64,000 nucleotides of DNA from Bdellovibrionales bacterium (GTDB lineage: Bacteria > Bdellovibrionota > Bdellovibrionia > Bdellovibrionales > JAGQZY01). A program made the translations under genes and the position numbers. The notes under the pieces were generated by a model. That model was not told where the DNA came from, ran no database searches, and saw only the letters and a program-made list of their open reading frames with translations. The stretch lies in the NCBI GenBank assembly GCA_964230645.1, contig CAXRHT010000002.1, forward strand, positions 128,001 to 192,000, given 5' to 3'. Shown in pieces: positions 59,401-64,000 of this stretch (positions within the stretch are counted from its first letter, which is position 1; each line of letters starts with the position of its first letter).

Positions 59401-60629
59401 TGGTCGATGGGGTTATTACGCGCTACTACCGTAAATTGAAAAAACTCGCTCTTCAGAAAAGCGAAAGGGATATCGATCGCACCTTGAAGAAGAAATTGGC
59501 CTCCCACACTCTTGATACGGCTACCGTGCGAGAGTTTATTAAACAGACCTATGATTTCAATCATCAGATTCAAGACCTTCCGAGGCTCTATTATAGGCTT
59601 TTCAGCCTTGATCCCATCCAAGATCGCCGCTTTTTTGTGGCCTATAAAAAGCGTGAAAAACATTTCAAAAATTTCGCTGGCAAAGAATCAAAAAGTGAAA
59701 GCCAAAAGATTCTAATCATCGGTGACCGAGGTATGGGTAAATCCTCGATGATCAATGTGGCTCAGATGGACATTGAAACGGAAAGACTGATTCGTATAGA
59801 AGGGGACGATTATCGCGGACCTTTGGCTGTGTTATCGCGAGCTATCAATGCGAAAAACTCTGCCACTTCCATTCTCTCAACTCTTAGAAAAACCCCGGCC
59901 ACGGTTATTATCGACAACGCTGACCAAATGCTCAATAGACACAACCTGAGTCAGTTTGAAGGGCTTTTTGAGGTGATTAGTAAGTCGCCTCAGAACACCC
60001 ACTGGATTCTTTCTATTACCAAGTTTAACTTAGAGTCTCTCGACCGGGCTTTTAAGATTCGTAGCCTTTTTAGTAAGATTATTGATCTTCATGAGATTAA
60101 TTTAGAAACGGCGAAAGAAGTTATTTTGACAAGACATCGTCTCAGTGGACTTGAAGTGGAATTCCCGAAAACTTTTGTGAGTGAATTTGCGCAGAGAGCG
60201 GGCCTGTCCACGGAGGATGAAATGTTTTTTCGTGTTTTATTTGAGCGCTCCCATGGTCATCTACGTCATTTGATTTATTTGTGGCTTAGAAGCCTTGAGA
60301 GCTCTGATGGGAAAACGATTCACTTGTCTATGAGTAAGTCTGTGGATCGAGGATTGCCAATGCTGCATGAATTCTCATTTCTACAAAAGCATATCCTCGC
60401 CCAGCTTTACTGCACCCATAGTGCCAGTGTACAGAAAATCAGTCACACCCTTGGTGTCTCCTATTCCGTTATCGATAACGAAACTCAGTATTTGGAGCAT
60501 TGCCACTTGATTCAGTCAAAAGGCATTGATCGCAGTGTGTTTGAAATCCCTAACCCCTTGGTTTTACCTGTGGGCGCTGAACTGAAAAAGGAGGGCATTC
60601 TCAATGCAGGATTCTACAACTTCCGCTAA
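56403..60629 (+). CDS. Fusion: CPA antiporter domain + long helical region + P-loop ATPase + putative winged helix
   Basis: N-terminal about 420 aa (LPRVTGYILTGLLLGP, TSPAI, PQAGV); Walker A GDRGMGKS at nt 59721; Walker B VIIDN; HTH-like C-terminus. Confidence 0.8.
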   Translation: MRKIFILFILFSICIALKQFGILSDSHSSVLLAIGLVILSAYTLSEVGSSLKLPRVTGYILTGLLLGPYALKILSTNVVKEIEMFNTLAIGLIAITAGLELHFSSLKKVIAPILSTTALKVILLGVTFVGGTYIANQYVYDFNLGMGLPLISLALIFAALSVGTSPAISIAVISEMKAKSRMSQMVIGSAIVKDVVMVITLAVALSFAKSVASGGGDMAGSFIHLMEELGLSLVAGVILGTIFLLYIRFIRQEMFLFIAAMILGTAEISEAIHLELLLVFIVAGILVRNFSKDSHFLHESLEKVSLPVFVVFFTNVGAGLNLETTWQFLPVAGIYFGARAISFLLGSWTAGSLHGESSGIKKKIWLGYLPQAGVTLGLIQIASRDFPEQGELITNIGIGLVTINLLIGPIFLRMVLKGEEPKQEESPEEDSMSVEPTKEVNEDNVESEAPKAYEEEFQLMLHSKTEVFEDEFLEKHFHELAGKYFEIFRKHQILPQKNILKTFVNDLDQMSNLSEREIVAKIDDHFRRMGAKGRDIYNAMSELQKEIDSVLVLKSRPMPKSAIYIQKGDGYWVRLKKIFSRPLYWFNKNPERDIPLRKLTKYNLEPLIGSFTVQLINSWYHLLGKHIEIFQRSLETQNFENHEIVAKIKKENEFWLRAIQSDFNKEFGRQATSWASQLAKVNTAYMSDGQIRYSQVEPKITEMFDQAKNDSLAWEEKFVYCRNRLKVIVQSALLSQAVEKLLEEKFFQPVEVAQDNADTLVSEVFDYFKTIEKKINETEQGDEEAFKKLLDETQAFAKENIQADLKSKYVRGSFRLLNRDISINLKKSLPKEEGTFQIASENTSPHQVQSPSEIVVKKINLHELFEQSILINFLPVIEERIEGVSNYLESLLMEMEQAFSIITYSLESQIGGEDSEVDPDEMTESLQSSISAEKEKIQELYDGLIEYIRSSNESTEKLLEECQMEVRQGIERFSVVHTAKNQFRQRIQSTVQSIRDRKEVVDGVITRYYRKLKKLALQKSERDIDRTLKKKLASHTLDTATVREFIKQTYDFNHQIQDLPRLYYRLFSLDPIQDRRFFVAYKKREKHFKNFAGKESKSESQKILIIGDRGMGKSSMINVAQMDIETERLIRIEGDDYRGPLAVLSRAINAKNSATSILSTLRKTPATVIIDNADQMLNRHNLSQFEGLFEVISKSPQNTHWILSITKFNLESLDRAFKIRSLFSKIIDLHEINLETAKEVILTRHRLSGLEVEFPKTFVSEFAQRAGLSTEDEMFFRVLFERSHGHLRHLIYLWLRSLESSDGKTIHLSMSKSVDRGLPMLHEFSFLQKHILAQLYCTHSASVQKISHTLGVSYSVIDNETQYLEHCHLIQSKGIDRSVFEIPNPLVLPVGAELKKEGILNAGFYNFR

Positions 60630-61344
60630 TCAATTAGGAATGGAGTTCCCTGAACTGTCCATTCAGGTGGTCTCTTTTTTCCAAATCGGCTTTTTCGTGG
60701 TTATGGCCATTTTGGCCTACTATTTGAGTCGACGTTTCATGCAGATTCTTTCAAGCTCTGGAGTGATTGAAAAACGCTCTCTGACCTATCAAATTCTTAA
60801 CATCTCAACCTTTGCTTTTCCTGGAATTATCTTCCTCATTGGTCTGACCCGCGTTTCCCAAAACTCCCTTTTCGTTTCCCTTTTATTCTTTGTGATTTTT
60901 AGCATTATTTTCGGCTTTTCTTTGATTCAGCCGGCTAGAAACATCCTTGCCTCTCTTTTCATTACTCTAAGAGGGGAATTAAGAGTGGGCGATTACATTA
61001 GTCTTGCACAGGTGGAAGGAGAGGTTTTAGCGGTCGGCGCTTTTAACGTACAGATCCAATCAAAGACGGGATCTAAAACCTTTATTCCCAACTACCATAT
61101 TCTACAAAGCCCCTTTGAAATCCATGCGAAAAAAGGCGGGCCTTCAATAATGATAAATATTCCCTCAGACAAAATTTCTAAAAAAAATCTCGAGCGATTG
61201 GCTCATCTATGTCCTTTTAAAAGAAGAGGTTCGGATATTCGTATCTCAACTATTGATGGCAATCATAAGTTAACAATAGAAATCGTGAACAGACAGTGTC
61301 GCCCCTGGGTTAATAAATACTTTTCCAAACACTCACACAATTAA
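60604..61344 (+). CDS. Small MscS-family mechanosensitive channel protein
   Basis: Three TM segments, then NILAS...LRVGDYISL...EGEVLAVG...FIPN. Confidence 0.75.
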   Translation: MQDSTTSANQLGMEFPELSIQVVSFFQIGFFVVMAILAYYLSRRFMQILSSSGVIEKRSLTYQILNISTFAFPGIIFLIGLTRVSQNSLFVSLLFFVIFSIIFGFSLIQPARNILASLFITLRGELRVGDYISLAQVEGEVLAVGAFNVQIQSKTGSKTFIPNYHILQSPFEIHAKKGGPSIMINIPSDKISKKNLERLAHLCPFKRRGSDIRISTIDGNHKLTIEIVNRQCRPWVNKYFSKHSHN

Positions 61345-61536
61345 AAGTGGTTCTCTCCGAACATTTTAAAATTGAGTCTTATTGTTTTAAAAAGTGTTCA
61401 TTTTTTTGACTACTTTTGATTTTTCCCAAAATAGTGTCAAAATTCTAGAATCTTAAATGTAGATAAATCATTAAAATTCGGGCCTTTTTTCGATTTTGGT
61501 CCTAGCATTAAGTATAGATTGATTGTGGAGGTCACT

Positions 61537-62700
61537 ATGCTTAAACAATACACGAAGACGACAGGAAAAGTTGGTTTTGCCCTGTTTTTCGCATTGTTTT
61601 TTACAGCTTGCTCGGACGGAATGCTCGAAGGACAAGAAGAGTCCAACTCAAATGCGACAGCACAGGATGCGAATATGCATCCCTATGATGTCAATAAACA
61701 CGCCCTTAATAAGGTAGTTTGTGATCCCATGGGTGGTGGCAGTAATGGTGGAAGTCAATCCGGTCTTAAAGCCGAGCTTTTTTATCTCGATAGTAGCCAA
61801 CCTGACTACAATCGAGTAGGGGACTATTTCCAGCACGGAACAAAGTCGACTCAAGAGCTCTTTTTTACAGATCTCTATGTCCCCACTCGAATGTTTGACA
61901 CGGGTTTTCCTTCTCAAACCGGTGAGATGATCAAAGACGATCAAAACAATGAGCTTATTGAATACTTTGCTCTTAAATTTCGATCAGTCCTTAAGCTTAA
62001 TCCCACTGATCTTGAAGGGGATTATGAGTTAGCTCTTTTGTCTGATGATGGAACCATTATGAGGTTTACTGATATCGATGGAGAGCAACAGGTTGTGGTT
62101 AATAATGATGGTGATCACCCCACCAAAATGGGCTGTGGTGAAGTCGTTCACTTTGATCACGACACGACAGTCGATGTGGAAATTGACTACTATCAAGGGC
62201 CAAGACATCATATCTCTTTAATCCCTCTATGGAGAAAAGTAGACGCTAATACAAGAGCCGAAAAGGAATGTGGCAAGCTTGGAAACCATCGCTTCTTTGA
62301 TCCCAATAATAACTCAAAAGAAAAGCAAACCTATCTTGATATGCTGTTAAGAGGATGGCAGCCTATTCATGCTTCAAACTGGCACCTGCCAATCCAAGAG
62401 ATTTATAACCCTTGTGTTGAGGGTACAAACCCTAGAATCAGTGACTTCAGTGTTCAAGATATTGGAGAAGGTGTGGCTATTGTCACTTGGACAACGGACA
62501 TTCCTGCCACCTCACAAGTTCTTGTGAAAAGAGCCGATGGCTCTGAGTTTGTGACGACCAGTGATAACGTGCTAAGAACCTCACATCGAGTGGTGATCGA
62601 TTCTGAAATTGATTTTGGTGAAACCTATATTTTCCAAGGGATATCAATCTCCGCGGACATGGGTAAAACTCTCAGTCGAGTCATTCAAGAGACATTCTAA
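61537..62700 (+). CDS. Lipoprotein with a PA14/fibro-slime domain and a C-terminal Fn3-like domain
   Basis: FTA-C lipobox; ALLSDDG...NNDGDH...YYQGP (PA14-like); IVTWTTDIPATSQV (Fn3-like). Confidence 0.8.
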   Translation: MLKQYTKTTGKVGFALFFALFFTACSDGMLEGQEESNSNATAQDANMHPYDVNKHALNKVVCDPMGGGSNGGSQSGLKAELFYLDSSQPDYNRVGDYFQHGTKSTQELFFTDLYVPTRMFDTGFPSQTGEMIKDDQNNELIEYFALKFRSVLKLNPTDLEGDYELALLSDDGTIMRFTDIDGEQQVVVNNDGDHPTKMGCGEVVHFDHDTTVDVEIDYYQGPRHHISLIPLWRKVDANTRAEKECGKLGNHRFFDPNNNSKEKQTYLDMLLRGWQPIHASNWHLPIQEIYNPCVEGTNPRISDFSVQDIGEGVAIVTWTTDIPATSQVLVKRADGSEFVTTSDNVLRTSHRVVIDSEIDFGETYIFQGISISADMGKTLSRVIQETF

Positions 62701-62715
62701 CCTCTTAAACAAAAT

Positions 62716-62750
62716 TCCTCGGGCTTTCCATTTATGAAATCCCGAGGTTT
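62716..62750. terminator. Hairpin between convergent genes
   Basis: CCTCGGG...CCCGAGG stem. Confidence 0.55.
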
Positions 62751-63419
62751 CTATTTCCAATTGGGAACATGGAAAATTCGCAAGCATTGTCTTAAATTCT
62801 CATCGACGGCCGCTGTGTTTTCTCTAAGACCCCATTCGGGAGGCTCAGGCCAACGGGGGTCGTGACTGGGTAAAAAATAATTGATCGAGTCCGAGGAAAG
62901 CTCACCCGAACTATCGTTGCTATTTTGCAAAAACTCATTGGCTTTTTCTATAGCCTGATTCCAAAGCGCTGAATTTTTAGGGCAGAGAAAATCTTTGTAT
63001 CGAGACGAACTATATATATTTAATGAAGAAGCAAACTGATCCCTTTGAAAAACCACACTTCTTACATCACCATTACGTCGACGAATCCTATTAACAATAA
63101 CATTGGTAATAAGGGGGACGAGTTTTCCATTTTGAGTAGAACAGTTGGCGCCGAGAGTTTCCGCATAAACAAGGCGGGCTAAGAGTTCGCTATCAGAATC
63201 ACTTTGTAAAAGTTGTCGGTAAATAAGGTACTTAGAGTCGTTTCTTCGATTGTTGCGTTGATGATTTGTAATCCTATCGATGTCACTTTGAGAGTCGATG
63301 CACTGGGGGAGGTTTTGTTGTTCTTGTCGAGCTTGAGGGCGTAGAGTGGGGAGTGTCACCTCGGCTAAAATGAGGGAGCTAGTAAGCGAAAATAATAAAA
63401 GAAGTGTTTTCCAAAGCAT
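62751..63419 (-). CDS. Secreted SleB/Hydrolase_2-family cell wall hydrolase
   Basis: LARLVYAE (catalytic Glu position), VIVNR, VVFQRDQF; signal peptide. Confidence 0.8.
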   Translation of the reverse strand: MLWKTLLLLFSLTSSLILAEVTLPTLRPQARQEQQNLPQCIDSQSDIDRITNHQRNNRRNDSKYLIYRQLLQSDSDSELLARLVYAETLGANCSTQNGKLVPLITNVIVNRIRRRNGDVRSVVFQRDQFASSLNIYSSSRYKDFLCPKNSALWNQAIEKANEFLQNSNDSSGELSSDSINYFLPSHDPRWPEPPEWGLRENTAAVDENLRQCLRIFHVPNWK

Positions 63420-63533
63420 TCTTCAACATTATAGATCAGCTTCCTCTTTTTGCGAACACCCGACCAAGGACTGTGAAAACTCTTTACTCATCGTTTTGTC
63501 ATTCTGAGTGCGATTGTCATTCTGAGCGAATTT

Positions 63534-63626
63534 GTCATTCTGAGCGCAGCGAAGAATCTAACGCCACTAAGCTCTGTTATCATTTAAAGTTTTCGGTGAC
63601 AGGTCCTTCGCTGCGCTCAGGACGAC
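63534..63626. repeat. 93-bp GTC-tagged palindromic element (long form) with tandem half-units (about 63497-63687)
   Basis: GTCATTCTGAGCGCAGCGAAGAATCT...AGGTCCTTCGCTGCGCTCAGGACGAC. Confidence 0.9.
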
Positions 63627-63707
63627 AGTGTTAAAATCGCTCAGAATGACAGTCGCACTCAGAATGACAACTGCGCTCAGTATGACACTATGATGGAAGT
63701 TTCAATT

Positions 63708-64000
63708 TCATCGAATCGCTTCGATTCCAGTCACTTGCAAACCAATCACAAGGCGATGAATGTCTTCAGTTCCCTCGTAGGTATTAACTGTCTCCAGATT
63801 CATCATATGGCGAATCACAGGATATTCATCGATAATTCCGTTTCCACCCAACATATCGCGAGCGTCACGAGCGACATCAAGAGCCATGCGGCAGTTATTC
63901 ATCTTTGCTAGCGACACATGGTGAGGATGCATCTCGCCTTTTTCTTTCACTCGTCCAAGTTGCAGAGCCAAAAGCTGTCCCTTGGTGATCTCTTGTACCA
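63708..64000 (-). CDS. gcdH: Acyl-CoA dehydrogenase (glutaryl-CoA DH-like), 3' part
   Basis: SLAKMNNC...[10 protein letters not shown]...[19 protein letters not shown]; runs off the window end. Confidence 0.8.
   Translation of the reverse strand, partial: VQEITKGQLLALQLGRVKEKGEMHPHHVSLAKMNNCRMALDVARDARDMLGGNGIIDEYPVIRHMMNLETVNTYEGTEDIHRLVIGLQVTGIEAIR

Overview
A 64-kb chromosomal window from a bacterium that is most likely a predatory Bdellovibrionota. That taxonomy is an inference from a Bdellovibrio-type fibre/adhesin gene, many orphan secreted proteins and lipoproteins, and FliA-like promoters. Housekeeping blocks are rpmF-fabH-fabD-fabG-acpP-fabF (no plsX), rpiB-glyA, pyrC, leucine and glutamate dehydrogenases, yfgM/bamB-like, apt, hemB and a partial gcdH. 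Between them lie accessory blocks. The region 19.7-34.1 kb holds an exported Fic protein with His->Asp in its motif, two single-CxxCH exported proteins, an astacin, a lipoprotein ending in a Hedgehog-like Hint domain, a minimal tyrosine recombinase, an exported ParB-like nuclease, a tail-anchored HTH protein and a large lipoprotein. A five-gene ion-transport operon (52.3-61.3 kb) contains a 1408-aa antiporter-helical-P-loop ATPase fusion next to TrkA, TrkH and a short MscS. An AT-rich radical SAM gene sits between a small unannotated membrane-protein gene and a decayed duplicate of that gene's 3' end. Seven copies of a GTC-tagged palindromic REP/MITE-like element occur in two fixed sizes (93 and 53 bp). 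I found no rRNA, tRNA, CRISPR array or transposase. All calls come from reading motifs by eye; no database searches were run.
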